In this document: positions 38,193-47,669 of the stretch, in pieces
How the letters are laid out: each line of letters starts with the position of its first letter
How positions within the stretch are numbered: the first letter of the stretch is position 1
Assembly: GCA_003537755.1 (NCBI GenBank)
Contig: DPQS01000008.1
Span: forward strand, 11,704 to 67,787
Source: Clostridiales bacterium
GTDB taxonomy: Bacteria; Bacillota; Clostridia; Christensenellales; CAG-314
Reading direction: 5' to 3'
DNA length: 56,084 nt
Position numbers and translations under genes: made by a program
The notes under the pieces: generated by a model
Told to the model about the DNA's origin: nothing
The model's input: only the letters and a program-made list of their open reading frames with translations
Database searches by the model: none

Positions 38193-39245
38193 TTAGCAGG
38201 ATTGGTTTTCCGCGTTTTCGGTAGCGGTGTAATTGTCGCTTGGATTGTCGCTGCTCAACGCGGCTTTGTCACCGGGTATTTTTCCGTCGTCAGTCGTGAC
38301 GGTGGGCGCAACGTTGCTACCGGCGGTTTTCTTTTTGCCGAGTGTGGGAAGCACTTCCACAAGTACCACTGCGGCAATTACCATAAGTCCGCCCGCAAGC
38401 ATGTTCCAACTGAACACGTCAATTCCTGCAATCAGTGACAAAACCGCGCCGACGGGGCTTTCACAACCCATAATCAACGCCGTTTCCGACGAACTGAGGT
38501 GCTGTTGCGAGTAGGTTTGTGCAAAGTAGGCAAACGCCGTGCCGCCAAGCGTTACCGTTATCAGTCGCCATATGCCGTAACTCGGGTCCATGGTAAGGTT
38601 GCTGTAATTGCCGCTTTCAAAAATCAGCGTTGCCGCGACAAACAAAATTGCCGCAGTGCCGACTTGTACCGTAGTGAATGAGTACAGGTCAACTTTTTTG
38701 AGGGAAATTTCGCTCCACACGATTTGCAACGAAAAAAGAAACGCGCTTGCCAACGTAATCATGTCGCCGCCGAGTGTGTCGGTAAATTCCACCACGCCGC
38801 CGTCAAAGTTGAGCAGTGCCAAGCCGACAATTGCAACGCCCACGCCAACCAGCGTCCACACACTGGGACGTTTTTTGAACATTGCCCATGCGATAAAGGG
38901 AACAAAAACCACGTAAGCGGCGGTAAAAAATCCGCTGTGGGCAGGGGTGCTCAGGTTTAGTCCCGTCAGTTGCAGGTGGAACGCGACAAACAGAAACACG
39001 CCGCCGATTGCACCGTAGGCAAACGTTTGTTTGTTCCACTTGATTTTTTTCCAAAATATCAGCGGAAAAACAATCGCGGATACGCCGAAGCGGATTGCGT
39101 TAAGCAAAATCGGTGTTTGGGTAAATGTCGTTTTCAGAAGTTGGTCGTTAAGTACAAAGCCTGCGCCCCACACTAGTGCCGTCAGCGACAGCATTACAAG
39201 CGCGGCAATATGTTGTTTTTTTGCTGTGTTCAACAATGTGTGCAC
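38193..39245 (-). CDS. EamA/DMT-superfamily transporter with a ~50-aa hydrophilic C-terminal tail
   Basis: Ten TM segments in two EamA-like halves (ALVMLSLTALVWGAGFV...; GVAIVGLALLNF). The GTG at 39245 lacks an SD. A TTG at 39236 preceded by GAGGTG is an alternative start. Confidence 0.75.
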   Translation of the reverse strand: MHTLLNTAKKQHIAALVMLSLTALVWGAGFVLNDQLLKTTFTQTPILLNAIRFGVSAIVFPLIFWKKIKWNKQTFAYGAIGGVFLFVAFHLQLTGLNLSTPAHSGFFTAAYVVFVPFIAWAMFKKRPSVWTLVGVGVAIVGLALLNFDGGVVEFTDTLGGDMITLASAFLFSLQIVWSEISLKKVDLYSFTTVQVGTAAILFVAATLIFESGNYSNLTMDPSYGIWRLITVTLGGTAFAYFAQTYSQQHLSSSETALIMGCESPVGAVLSLIAGIDVFSWNMLAGGLMVIAAVVLVEVLPTLGKKKTAGSNVAPTVTTDDGKIPGDKAALSSDNPSDNYTATENAENQSC

Positions 39246-39477
39246 CTCAATGGTCAGTTTAATTGCGTAATTTGCAGGATAAACCTGCGTGGCGGTGCGG
39301 CGTCGGGTAGGTAACTGCGCCGCGTAAAGTTGCTTTTTTCGATGTGCCGGAAGCGCGTTAAAAAAACAACTTTATGGCGAACATTCGCACGAAAGACGGT
39401 GAATAAACATCCCGTCGTTGCTGCTGCGAACGGAAAAGCGACATATGCAAAGGCAAAACGACTGTATTTGCAACTTT

Positions 39478-39575
39478 ATAAAAAAATAAACGACAAAACT
39501 AATATTAGTCTGTCGTTTCTCGTTCAAGGGCGAACGGACACGGGATTGCTCCCACGTTTCCCTCGATATATCGTT
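39478..39575 (-). ncRNA. candidate ~95-nt structured RNA (riboswitch-like leader or sRNA) ending in an intrinsic terminator
   Basis: It lies downstream of a perfect consensus promoter. P1 UCGAGGG/CCCUUGA encloses an 8-bp helix capped by a GCAA tetraloop. A competing CGUUC/GAACG hairpin is possible. The terminator hairpin (39488-39518) is followed by AUUUUUUUAU. Confidence 0.35.
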
Positions 39576-39581
39576 TGTATT

Positions 39582-39610
39582 ATTATATGCAAAGCAAATT
39601 TTTTTGTCAA
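39582..39610 (-). promoter_or_regulatory. perfect consensus sigma-70 promoter
   Basis: On the minus strand: TTGACA (39610-39605), 17-bp spacer, TATAAT (39587-39582). Confidence 0.65.
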
Positions 39611-39778
39611 ATAATTTTTCTGTTTTTGGTTCTTGGCGGTGACAATACGGCGCAAAATGTTTATTTTGGGAGTAAAATGTGTCTTTTTTGATAGAAAAAT
39701 CGGTGTTTCGGCCGGAAATTAACCCTATTGATACATATAAATAATGAAAAAATAGGTATCGAATTTTCAATTTTGATG

Positions 39779-39787
39779 TGATATAAT
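39779..39787 (+). promoter_or_regulatory. extended -10 element upstream of the YhhN gene
   Basis: TGATATAAT at 39779-39787, with no clear -35. Confidence 0.4.
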
Positions 39788-39875
39788 GTAAATGTATTAG
39801 CGAACGCGTGTTTACTAAACTTTCGGCTATGTCCGCCAGGTGAAGTAGAACGTTTTTGTACTTACAGGGGAAAAT

Positions 39876-40532
39876 ATGAAACCTTACAAAATTGCAATGC
39901 TGGCGTTGTTTGCCGTCGGCGTAATTACATTGATTGTGCTCAAGGCGTTAAACTTCGGCAGCCGTCGTCGCGGCGTTGTCAAATGCGTGTGTTCCGCGCT
40001 GTTTGTCGCGATGGCGGCGGTCAACTTCGTCGACTCAATTTACGAGTTGCGCGCGTTGGCGCTTCTCGGTGTGGCATTTGCGGCACTCGGCGATGTTCTT
40101 CTGGTGTTTATGGACAAACGCCTGTATTTCCTGATGGGCGTGGTCAGTTTTTCATGCGCAAGCCTGTGCCTGTCGATGTACAGTTTCTTCACATTCGGCT
40201 GGCAGTGGTGGTTTGTATTCATCTTCGTTGCGTTTGTGTCAGGTCTGAGTGTCGGACAGGTGTTTAAGGTAATCGATTTCGGGCGTAGCGTAGTGTATCT
40301 CAACATTTACAGCGGTCTTGTCGCACTGTGCGGAAGTCTTGGTTTTACGCTGTTGGTACAAGGAGCGGGCGACCTTCCGTCTTTCCTTTTCGGCATGGGG
40401 TGTTTTATGTATTTTATCAGCGACATCTGCCTGGGATTGTATCTGTACACCTTTAAGCACAACCGTCTCGTAGATTGCATAAATACGATGCTGTACTTCC
40501 CCGGGCTTATGCTTGTGGCTCTGTCTTTGTAA
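39876..40532 (+). CDS. YhhN-family (lysoplasmalogenase-like) membrane protein
   Basis: Eight TM helices in a 218-aa protein. AALGDVLLV and FMYFISDICLG resemble the two conserved YhhN/TMEM86 motifs. Confidence 0.65.
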   Translation: MKPYKIAMLALFAVGVITLIVLKALNFGSRRRGVVKCVCSALFVAMAAVNFVDSIYELRALALLGVAFAALGDVLLVFMDKRLYFLMGVVSFSCASLCLSMYSFFTFGWQWWFVFIFVAFVSGLSVGQVFKVIDFGRSVVYLNIYSGLVALCGSLGFTLLVQGAGDLPSFLFGMGCFMYFISDICLGLYLYTFKHNRLVDCINTMLYFPGLMLVALSL

Positions 40533-40876
40533 GTTGCGGACGGACATTTTGTCACGTGCGTTTGTTGCAAGGCATCACGGCAACGGCTCAAAAACATTCT
40601 TCGCGCTTAAATGCCGAGTTTTTGTTTTTGTCGCCGAAAAATGTATACGTATGCAAAATTTCATGACATAATTATTGTATTTTTACGCCTTCTTGTTTGT
40701 AAAATCCTGTACGGAGTTGAACACGAAAGGCGTTTTTTTTGCGTTTTTTTTGTGATTTGCAGGAAACGAAAGTCGGTCAATATTTTTTATTATTTTTTGC
40801 AAAGCCCCCGAGTGTTATTTCGATTTGCAGGTATTAGCGAACAAAGAAACAAAAAATTTATTTTTCCTTAAACGTA

Positions 40877-40905
40877 TTGACGTGGCGCACCATCGGTGCT
40901 AAAAT
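40877..40905 (+). promoter_or_regulatory. promoter upstream of the 41005 transporter gene
   Basis: TTGACG (40877-40882), 17-bp spacer, TAAAAT (40900-40905). Confidence 0.55.
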
Positions 40906-40911
40906 AAGTAT

Positions 40912-40943
40912 GGTTGAGTGTGATATCGATATCACACTCAACC
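40912..40943. promoter_or_regulatory. 32-bp perfect palindrome at the predicted transcription start; candidate operator
   Basis: GGTTGAGTGTGATATC|GATATCACACTCAACC is perfectly self-complementary. It has a central CG and TGTGA...TCACA arms, as in LacI/GalR-type operators. Confidence 0.6.
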
Positions 40944-41004
40944 ACAACGACACTGTTTCGTCCGCATTGCAGCGGCGGTATTGTCTGATTAGGGGTTTAC
41001 AAAA

Positions 41005-41889
41005 ATGCAACTTTTGCTTCTTGTTGCAATTCCGCTTCTGGGCACGGTCAAGGTGCTGTTTCAGGGCAAAGCGGTCAAAGGTTACGTGGAAAGTTTGCGT
41101 GACAGTCTGACGCTCGGCTCGGTTACATTTGCAACAATCGCTGTTTGCCTTGCTGCAATTTACCTGCGTGGCGTTCCGTCGCAGACAACTTTGTGGCTGG
41201 GCGTATTGCTTGGCGTGTGCAACGTCACCTTTCAGGTATGTTACAACGTGGCAATGATTAAGGGACCTGTGTCTCTTACGGGCGTTTGCGCCAATTTCAG
41301 CATTATTGTGCCGCTTGCGGTGGGTTTTACCGTTCTCGGTGAACAATTGACCGTCGCCAAGGGCGTTGGCATTGTGTTGATTTTTGTCGCTTTTGTGCTG
41401 CTGCAACGCAAGAACGATGACAAAAAGGTGAATGTGGTGTGGCTGCTTCTGACCGTTGCGACCATGCTTGCGGCAGGCGTAAGCAACGTGGTCATGTCTG
41501 TGTTCAAAACTTTGCCCGTGGCGGAGGAGCGCAACCTGCTCATAGTCGTAAGTAACATTGTATCCGCCGTCGTCAGCATACTGTGTGCCGTAATTTGCGG
41601 CGCGGCAAAGCGGACGTCGGGCGAACGGTTGCTCAAACCTATGTGTCGTGGTTCGTTGCTTTTTGCAATGGCGTCGGGCTTGACGCTGGCGGTGTATCAG
41701 CCGCTTAGCATGTTTGCCCTTACAATGGTAGATGTGTCGGTGTACTACCCCGTAACGGGCGCGTTGGCGGTAATTTTCCTTATGCTGTCGGGCATACCGG
41801 TGTTCAAAGAAAAGCCGACGGTAAAGCAGATAACAGGCGTGTGTCTGGGTGCATGCGCGATAGTGCTGCTCAATTTGCAGAATGCGTGA
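41005..41889 (+). CDS. 10-TM DMT-superfamily permease (possible sugar uptake permease)
   Basis: Two similar 5-TM halves each end in a G-x-x-L-T/x-x-x-G-I/V-x-L-I pattern (LGEQLTVAKGVGIVLIFVAFVLL; FKEKPTVKQITGVCLGACAIVLL). The substrate is unknown. Confidence 0.55.
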   Translation: MQLLLLVAIPLLGTVKVLFQGKAVKGYVESLRDSLTLGSVTFATIAVCLAAIYLRGVPSQTTLWLGVLLGVCNVTFQVCYNVAMIKGPVSLTGVCANFSIIVPLAVGFTVLGEQLTVAKGVGIVLIFVAFVLLQRKNDDKKVNVVWLLLTVATMLAAGVSNVVMSVFKTLPVAEERNLLIVVSNIVSAVVSILCAVICGAAKRTSGERLLKPMCRGSLLFAMASGLTLAVYQPLSMFALTMVDVSVYYPVTGALAVIFLMLSGIPVFKEKPTVKQITGVCLGACAIVLLNLQNA

Positions 41890-41991
41890 CGCAAAGACTG
41901 ACGACATCATGACGTAATTGTAGTGGCGAAAAACAATATTGAAAACCATTCAAGACAAACAATTGAAAACAAATAAAAAGGAAAAGAAAAA

Positions 41992-43131
41992 ATGATTACT
42001 CAACCTAAAGTCAAGTCTGTTCGTTTTGTCAACTTCACCTCGGGCGAAAAAGCCCCCGTAAACACGCTCAGGTGGGACGTAAACGGAACCGATCTCGGCA
42101 TACCGGTGTACAGCGCGAAGGAAAACGCCTTGTGGCTTTTTTACGGCGACACATTTGCAACGCCGCTGCCGTCCGACGTAAACTGGCGCGGCACGGTAAT
42201 CGGCAAAACGCACAATTTCGACTTCTCTCACGGCGTCATGTACAGCGGATTTGTGCCCGACGACGCCGGCAACGCGCTGGGACTCATCGTGCATCACAAG
42301 TCGGACAACGAGGAATACTACGAACGCACCAAAATTTGTCAGGGCGCGGTGGAAGTAGACGGCGTTATGTACGCATTTTACGAGTCTATCCGTCACTGGG
42401 GCGAACCTGGCTATTGGGACGTCAACTACTCCGGCGCAATCAAGTCCCGTGACGGCGGCAAAACGTGGCAACGCGTGTACGACCTTACGTGGACGGCGGA
42501 CAACGACAAGTATCGCGACGTCGTGAAACGCCTTGCCGAAGAGGACGTGGACATGCAACCGAGCGGCGTGACGGTGGACGTCGACAAGCATTTTTGCCCT
42601 GCGTTCGGTCAGATGTACCCGATTTACGGCAAGGACGGCTACGTGTATGTGTACGGTCGTCGCGGCGGCAGACAGTACGGCGCAACAATCGCGCGCGTTG
42701 CCCAACAAAACATCGAACGCTTTGACGAGTACGAGTATTACGTAAACGACAACGGAGTAAGAAGTTGGGTAAAGGGCGCGGACGGGCTTGCCGCAATAAA
42801 CGCGCACGAACGCGAAAGTTACGTCGTTGACCTGCCCGTCAGCAATTTTTCCGTCGCTTACAACAATTACCTCGGCGGCTGGATAGCAATGTACTACAAG
42901 CCCGCTCGCGGGATTGTCATGCGCGTTGCGCCCACGCCCTACGGACCTTTCGGCGACGAAACGGACGTACTGTTGCCCTCGGAAAAACTGCCTTGCGGCA
43001 AAATCGGCTTGTACGGCGGTTTCACTCACGAACTTATGAGCGCAAACGCAGGCAAAACAATCTACTTCATTGCTTCACAGTGGAACACCGAAGCGTACTG
43101 CTCGGAATTGTTTGAACTTTGCTTTGAGTAG
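41992..43131 (+). CDS. DUF4185-domain protein (GH183-like), cytoplasmic paralog 1
   Basis: No signal peptide. Blocks GTDLGIPVY, LWLFYGDTF, NWRGTVIG, VDGVMYAFYESI...WDVNYSG, GYVYVYGRRGG and LYGGFTHE are shared with the two paralogs downstream. Confidence 0.6.
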   Translation: MITQPKVKSVRFVNFTSGEKAPVNTLRWDVNGTDLGIPVYSAKENALWLFYGDTFATPLPSDVNWRGTVIGKTHNFDFSHGVMYSGFVPDDAGNALGLIVHHKSDNEEYYERTKICQGAVEVDGVMYAFYESIRHWGEPGYWDVNYSGAIKSRDGGKTWQRVYDLTWTADNDKYRDVVKRLAEEDVDMQPSGVTVDVDKHFCPAFGQMYPIYGKDGYVYVYGRRGGRQYGATIARVAQQNIERFDEYEYYVNDNGVRSWVKGADGLAAINAHERESYVVDLPVSNFSVAYNNYLGGWIAMYYKPARGIVMRVAPTPYGPFGDETDVLLPSEKLPCGKIGLYGGFTHELMSANAGKTIYFIASQWNTEAYCSELFELCFE

Positions 43132-43208
43132 GCTTTGAGTTGTAAAATAAAAACGCGTTTGTTTGAGCGCGTTCGGCTGAATTTGTTAAAAATCTACGGA
43201 GGTAAAAA

Positions 43209-44588
43209 ATGAAAAAGGCTACAAGTATTTTGTTGCTGTTGGCACTTGTTGCGACATTGGCGTGTGCGCTTGTCGCATGTAATCCTGCCGACGAAGAGTG
43301 GTACGTCGAGGAAGGCGCGGAAGTAATCAATGTCTATCTGCGCGACTTCGAAGAGTGGTCCAACAACTACACGATTGACGCAATTCGTCGTTTCAACAGC
43401 AATCTGACGGACGGTATTCAGGTGGAGTACACGTTGCTGCTTGCGGACCAGTACGAAAACAAGGTTCAATCCGACCGCGAAGCAGGCAAAGCACCCGACG
43501 TGTACCTTATCAGTTACGGCAACCTGCTTACGGCAATCAACTACAACTACATTTTGCCCCTCGAAAACGTGTTGTCGCAAAAGATGATTGATGACATTTC
43601 CGAAAGTGCGAAAAATTACGTTTATCTCAAAGAGCACTTGTACGCCGCTCCCTTCTGCTTCGAGCCGAGCATTATGCTGTTTTACAGCAAAAAGGCGTTT
43701 GCCGCTGCAGGGGTAACTTCCGCACCCGAAACATACGCCGAAATGCTGGACGCATGCGCAAAAATCAAGCCGACGCTCAGCAAAGCGCAGTACGTGGTGG
43801 GCACGCCCAAGGGACTGCCTATGGGCTGGGCTAACATCGGTCAGTTCTACAATGCGGCAGGCGGCAATCTGCCACTGTCCGATGACTGGAGCGAAAGCCT
43901 TGTAATGCAAAACAAGGAAGGATACAAGTCTTTCCTTAATTACTACACGTCGCTGTACACCAAAGGTTACACGCCCTTGCAGGATTGCGCCGGCGGTTAC
44001 AACGAAATCATCCGCGAAGTGTGCGAAGGTCGTGCCGCAATGACATTTGCAGGCAGTTACGCCGTAAGCACAATCTACGACGAATACCCCGAGTGCGTTG
44101 ACGACATCGAAGTTGCGGTAGTTCCCACCATGGACGGCACCAGCAACGTCGCGACCACGACAAACGGCGGTTGGTCGTACGTACTTGACGCAGCCACGGC
44201 AAAACGCACCGGCGCAGACGGACGTACTCATGCCGAACTTGCCGCAAAATTCCTTGAATTTCTGCTTACCGACAGCGAAGTCGCGCCGGAATACTTTGAA
44301 AAGGCAAACTACTGCAAATCGGCAGGTTACAACAGTGTAATTGTCGCAACCGGCAAAGAGGGCGAGAGCAACAAATACTACGCCGAAATCGCTCGCGCGG
44401 CAAGCAATGCAATCGCAACGCCGCTGTACAACTACGACATCACGACGGAATGCTCCAAGATGATCGAAGAAATGGTAATCAACGGCAAATCAGCCGATCA
44501 GGTGATAACCACATTCGACAACATGGTGAAGCAAATAATCAGGCAAAGCGGACTTGCGGGCAACAACCCTGCCTACCGCGGTAATTAG
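43209..44588 (+). CDS. extracellular solute-binding lipoprotein (carbohydrate ABC importer)
   Basis: GGAGG SD is present. The signal and lipobox read MKKATSILLLLALVATLACALVAC. The ~459-aa size is typical of family-1 sugar SBPs. Confidence 0.8.
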   Translation: MKKATSILLLLALVATLACALVACNPADEEWYVEEGAEVINVYLRDFEEWSNNYTIDAIRRFNSNLTDGIQVEYTLLLADQYENKVQSDREAGKAPDVYLISYGNLLTAINYNYILPLENVLSQKMIDDISESAKNYVYLKEHLYAAPFCFEPSIMLFYSKKAFAAAGVTSAPETYAEMLDACAKIKPTLSKAQYVVGTPKGLPMGWANIGQFYNAAGGNLPLSDDWSESLVMQNKEGYKSFLNYYTSLYTKGYTPLQDCAGGYNEIIREVCEGRAAMTFAGSYAVSTIYDEYPECVDDIEVAVVPTMDGTSNVATTTNGGWSYVLDAATAKRTGADGRTHAELAAKFLEFLLTDSEVAPEYFEKANYCKSAGYNSVIVATGKEGESNKYYAEIARAASNAIATPLYNYDITTECSKMIEEMVINGKSADQVITTFDNMVKQIIRQSGLAGNNPAYRGN

Positions 44589-44599
44589 TCGAGGATAAA

Positions 44600-45526
44600 A
44601 TGACTGCGAAAAGTAAAACAAAAGCGGTGCACGCGGGCTCAAAAAAGTTTACCTACCGTTACAAGTGGTGGGCTTACGGAATGATGCTTCCTGCCTTCGC
44701 ACTGCTGACGATATTCGTCATTACGCCCTTTGTCATGGCTGTGTACCGCAGTTTCACCGACTACTCGGCGTACAACGAAAACATCAAATTTGTGTGGTTT
44801 GAGAACTACGTCACCATTTTGTCCGACGTGTCATTTATCAAGTCACTCGGCAACGTGGTACTTATGACGGTGATTTATGCCGTGCTGATGTTTGTGTTGT
44901 CATTCCTGTTTGCGTTGTTGCTGACCAAACTTACACCCAAAATGGCAAATGTGGCAAAGGTCGTCACCTATCTGCCCTTTATGTTGTCGGGCATACTGCT
45001 GTCGGTAATTTTCATATTCCTGTTCAGTCAGAACGGTCTGTTCAATGCGCTGAGAATGTCGCACGACGCAGACGGAATTTCCTTCGCAACGGACGGAATA
45101 TGGCCGTACGTAATTATTATTTTGCCTTTGTTGTGGGGCGGTTTCGGGTACAACTCGCTTGTAATGTACGCAGGGCTACTCAACATTCCCAACGCTTACT
45201 ACGAAGCGGCGGAAATCGACGGCGCAAACGGTTGGAACAAACAGTGGGGCATTACAATCCCCAATATGAAAAACTACTTCGTGCTTATCATCATCAACCT
45301 TATTACGGGCGGACTGCAGATGTTTGAGTTGCCCTTGATGATGACGAGCGGTGGACCGTTGGAAAAAACGCTTACGCCCGTTTTGTTTATCTTCTGGCAA
45401 AAGAGCAACCCCAGTATTCCCGAAAGTGCCGTCGTGGCAGGCGCGATACTAATCATGATACCCATTGCCGCAATCAACCTGATTGTGTTCAAGTTGATAC
45501 GGTCGGAAAAATCCGTTGACGAATAA
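44600..45526 (+). CDS. sugar ABC transporter permease (MalF-like)
   Basis: Six TM segments. The EAA loop reads YYEAAEIDGANGWNKQWGITIPNMK. Confidence 0.85.
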   Translation: MTAKSKTKAVHAGSKKFTYRYKWWAYGMMLPAFALLTIFVITPFVMAVYRSFTDYSAYNENIKFVWFENYVTILSDVSFIKSLGNVVLMTVIYAVLMFVLSFLFALLLTKLTPKMANVAKVVTYLPFMLSGILLSVIFIFLFSQNGLFNALRMSHDADGISFATDGIWPYVIIILPLLWGGFGYNSLVMYAGLLNIPNAYYEAAEIDGANGWNKQWGITIPNMKNYFVLIIINLITGGLQMFELPLMMTSGGPLEKTLTPVLFIFWQKSNPSIPESAVVAGAILIMIPIAAINLIVFKLIRSEKSVDE

Positions 45527-45537
45527 GGAGGCATACA

Positions 45538-46446
45538 GTGAGTAAAACAACTAAATATGCCCCCGAGGTCGCCGACCTTATGCAGAAGAACGCCGACAAA
45601 TCGGCTCGCGCAAGACGTTTACGCACGGCGCGTAAAGTGCTGTTTGCAGTAATTGCCGTGGTGGTTATGGTCGTGGTGGCGTTTCCGATAGTGTGGGTTG
45701 TGACGGGCGCATTCAAGGGTTACAAAGAAATCTGGGACATTCCGCCGCATTGGTGGCCGAAAAACTTCACCTGGGACAACTTCAAGACGGTGTTCAAGGT
45801 GGACAGACAGACCAACTTCGGCATGACGCTGCTAAGTACCGGTGCCGTCGCGCTTATGGCTACGGCAGGTTCGCTGTTTGTCAACACTCTGGCGGCATAC
45901 GTTTTTGCGCGGATAGAGTTTCCGTTCAAAAAGGTGCTGTGGGCGTTGTATCTGTTTCCGATGTTCGTGCCCGGCATTACAATCCTGCTGACCTCGCTTA
46001 AGGTGGTCAACTCGCTGGGATTGGTAGACTCGATCTGGGTGCTTGTGGTGCCAGGTCTTGCCAGCGCGTATCAGACATTCTTTTTCCGTCAGTTTTTCCT
46101 CGGTGTGCCTGCTTCATACGAAGAGGCTGCCGAACTGGACGGTTGCAACAAACTGCAGATATTTTTCAAAATATTCCTGCCCATGTCGGCAACGCCGCTT
46201 GTTATTCAGGGCGTAAACATCTTTCTCGCCCACTGGAACAGTTACATGTGGCCCGCGCTTACGGTAACGGGCAACACAAACCTTATGCAGGTAATGCAGG
46301 TAATAGCGTCTTTCCGCACAAGGTACGCAGGCAACTACGGCGTAGTAATCGCCGCTTCGCTCATCAGCATGACGGTACCTACGCTGATATTCATCTTCGC
46401 ACAGAAGAAAATCGTACAGGGCATCGCATTGTCCGGCATTAAATAA
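45538..46446 (+). CDS. sugar ABC transporter permease (MalG-like)
   Basis: GTG start follows an AAGGAGG SD. The EAA loop reads YEEAAELDGCNKLQIFFKIFLPMS. Confidence 0.85.
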   Translation: MSKTTKYAPEVADLMQKNADKSARARRLRTARKVLFAVIAVVVMVVVAFPIVWVVTGAFKGYKEIWDIPPHWWPKNFTWDNFKTVFKVDRQTNFGMTLLSTGAVALMATAGSLFVNTLAAYVFARIEFPFKKVLWALYLFPMFVPGITILLTSLKVVNSLGLVDSIWVLVVPGLASAYQTFFFRQFFLGVPASYEEAAELDGCNKLQIFFKIFLPMSATPLVIQGVNIFLAHWNSYMWPALTVTGNTNLMQVMQVIASFRTRYAGNYGVVIAASLISMTVPTLIFIFAQKKIVQGIALSGIK

Positions 46447-46466
46447 AGTTTTTGGGAGAGTACAAA

Positions 46467-47555
46467 ATGAATTTGTCAAATCTTAGCAATATTTTCAAAA
46501 AGAGAGATTTTACTCGCAAACGTCTTACCAGTTACGACAAGACGGGCGGAAACGACGACCGTCTGCACATCGCACCCGGTCAGACCGTCACGATTGCAAC
46601 CGACCGCGGCGCAGGCGTAATTACACACATCTGGACTACGCTTCTCAACGCACCCGAATGGGAACGCAACTGCCTCAGAAAAATCGTCGTTACCATGTAC
46701 TGGGACGACAGCGATCACCCGTCGGTACAGGCACCTATCGGCGACTTTTTCGGTATGGGGCACGCAATGAGCAAGAACTATGTTTCCGCGCCTTTGCAAA
46801 TGAGTCCCGAAAACGGACGCGGCTTCAACTGCTGGTGGCCGATGCCCTTCAAAAAGAGTTTCCGTATCGACATCACCAACGAGTGCAACACCGAATTGTT
46901 GTTCTACTTCTACGTCGATTACGAAATTCACGCGCAAGCCGACCCCGACGCGATGTACTTCCACGCGCTGTGGAACAGACAACTGACCGTCGGACACGAC
47001 AAGGCAAACTTTGAAAACCACGACAAATGGTGCTTTACGGGCAACAACCTTGACGGCAGCGAAAACTACGTCATTCTTGACGCGGAAGGCGAAGGCATTT
47101 ACTGCGGTTGCAACCTTGGCATACACAACCTTGACCAGACCAAACACTGGAACTGGTGGGGCGAGGGCGACGACATGATTTTCGTGGACGGCGCAAAGGT
47201 GCCCACATTCAACGGCACCGGCTCGGAAGACTACATCAACACTTCGTGGTGTCCCCAACAGGAATACAACGCACCCTATCACGGAATTATCCTCGGAGGA
47301 ACGGAAAACTGGGGTGGCAAAATCGCCGTTTACCGTTACCACATTCAGGATCCGATCAACTTCAACAAGTCCGTCAAGGTTACAATCGAACACGGACACA
47401 ACAACAATCGCAGCGACGACTGGTCAAGCGTGGCTTACTGGTACCAGACGAGTATTCACAGCGCGTTTGCACCTATCGCGCCCGTTGCCGAACGTATGCC
47501 CGTTGACGAAAACGCATTGAAGTGGGGCGACACGCCGATACTGGAAAAGGTGTAA
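46467..47555 (+). CDS. DUF2961 / GH172-family glycoside hydrolase (cytoplasmic)
   Basis: GGGAGAG SD precedes ATG 46467. LTSYDKTGGNDDRLHIAPGQTVTIATDRGAGVITHIWTT and GEGDDMIFVDG...GTGSEDY match my recollection of the DUF2961 jelly-roll family. Confidence 0.75.
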   Translation: MNLSNLSNIFKKRDFTRKRLTSYDKTGGNDDRLHIAPGQTVTIATDRGAGVITHIWTTLLNAPEWERNCLRKIVVTMYWDDSDHPSVQAPIGDFFGMGHAMSKNYVSAPLQMSPENGRGFNCWWPMPFKKSFRIDITNECNTELLFYFYVDYEIHAQADPDAMYFHALWNRQLTVGHDKANFENHDKWCFTGNNLDGSENYVILDAEGEGIYCGCNLGIHNLDQTKHWNWWGEGDDMIFVDGAKVPTFNGTGSEDYINTSWCPQQEYNAPYHGIILGGTENWGGKIAVYRYHIQDPINFNKSVKVTIEHGHNNNRSDDWSSVAYWYQTSIHSAFAPIAPVAERMPVDENALKWGDTPILEKV

Positions 47556-47669
47556 ACAAAGGTCTTACGGATTGTGCAGTACAACGCCCGCAGCAAAATA
47601 CCCGTTGCAGGGGTTGTATTGCTACCCGACGTGGTAAATCCGAAAAATAAAAAACAAGGAGAAAGAAAA

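Noticed and set aside
37767-38438. Track ORFs 37767..37982, 37835..38032 and 38025..38438 as possible small proteins.
   Set aside because: The first two lie entirely within the RNase P RNA gene. The third overlaps the rnpB promoter and the 3' end of the DMT gene on the opposite strand, and its translation is low-complexity.
39520-39560. The plus-strand string GGACACGGGAUUGCUCCCACG, which recalls ACGR/GGGA elements of ykkC-type guanidine riboswitches.
   Set aside because: No promoter or downstream gene exists in that orientation. The rest of the ykkC consensus is absent. The promoter and terminator geometry supports the minus strand instead.
40877-41110. The 77-aa ORF spanning the 32-bp palindrome and the start of the permease gene.
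   Set aside because: It starts inside the promoter -35, has no SD and overlaps the well-supported 41005 membrane-protein gene in another frame.
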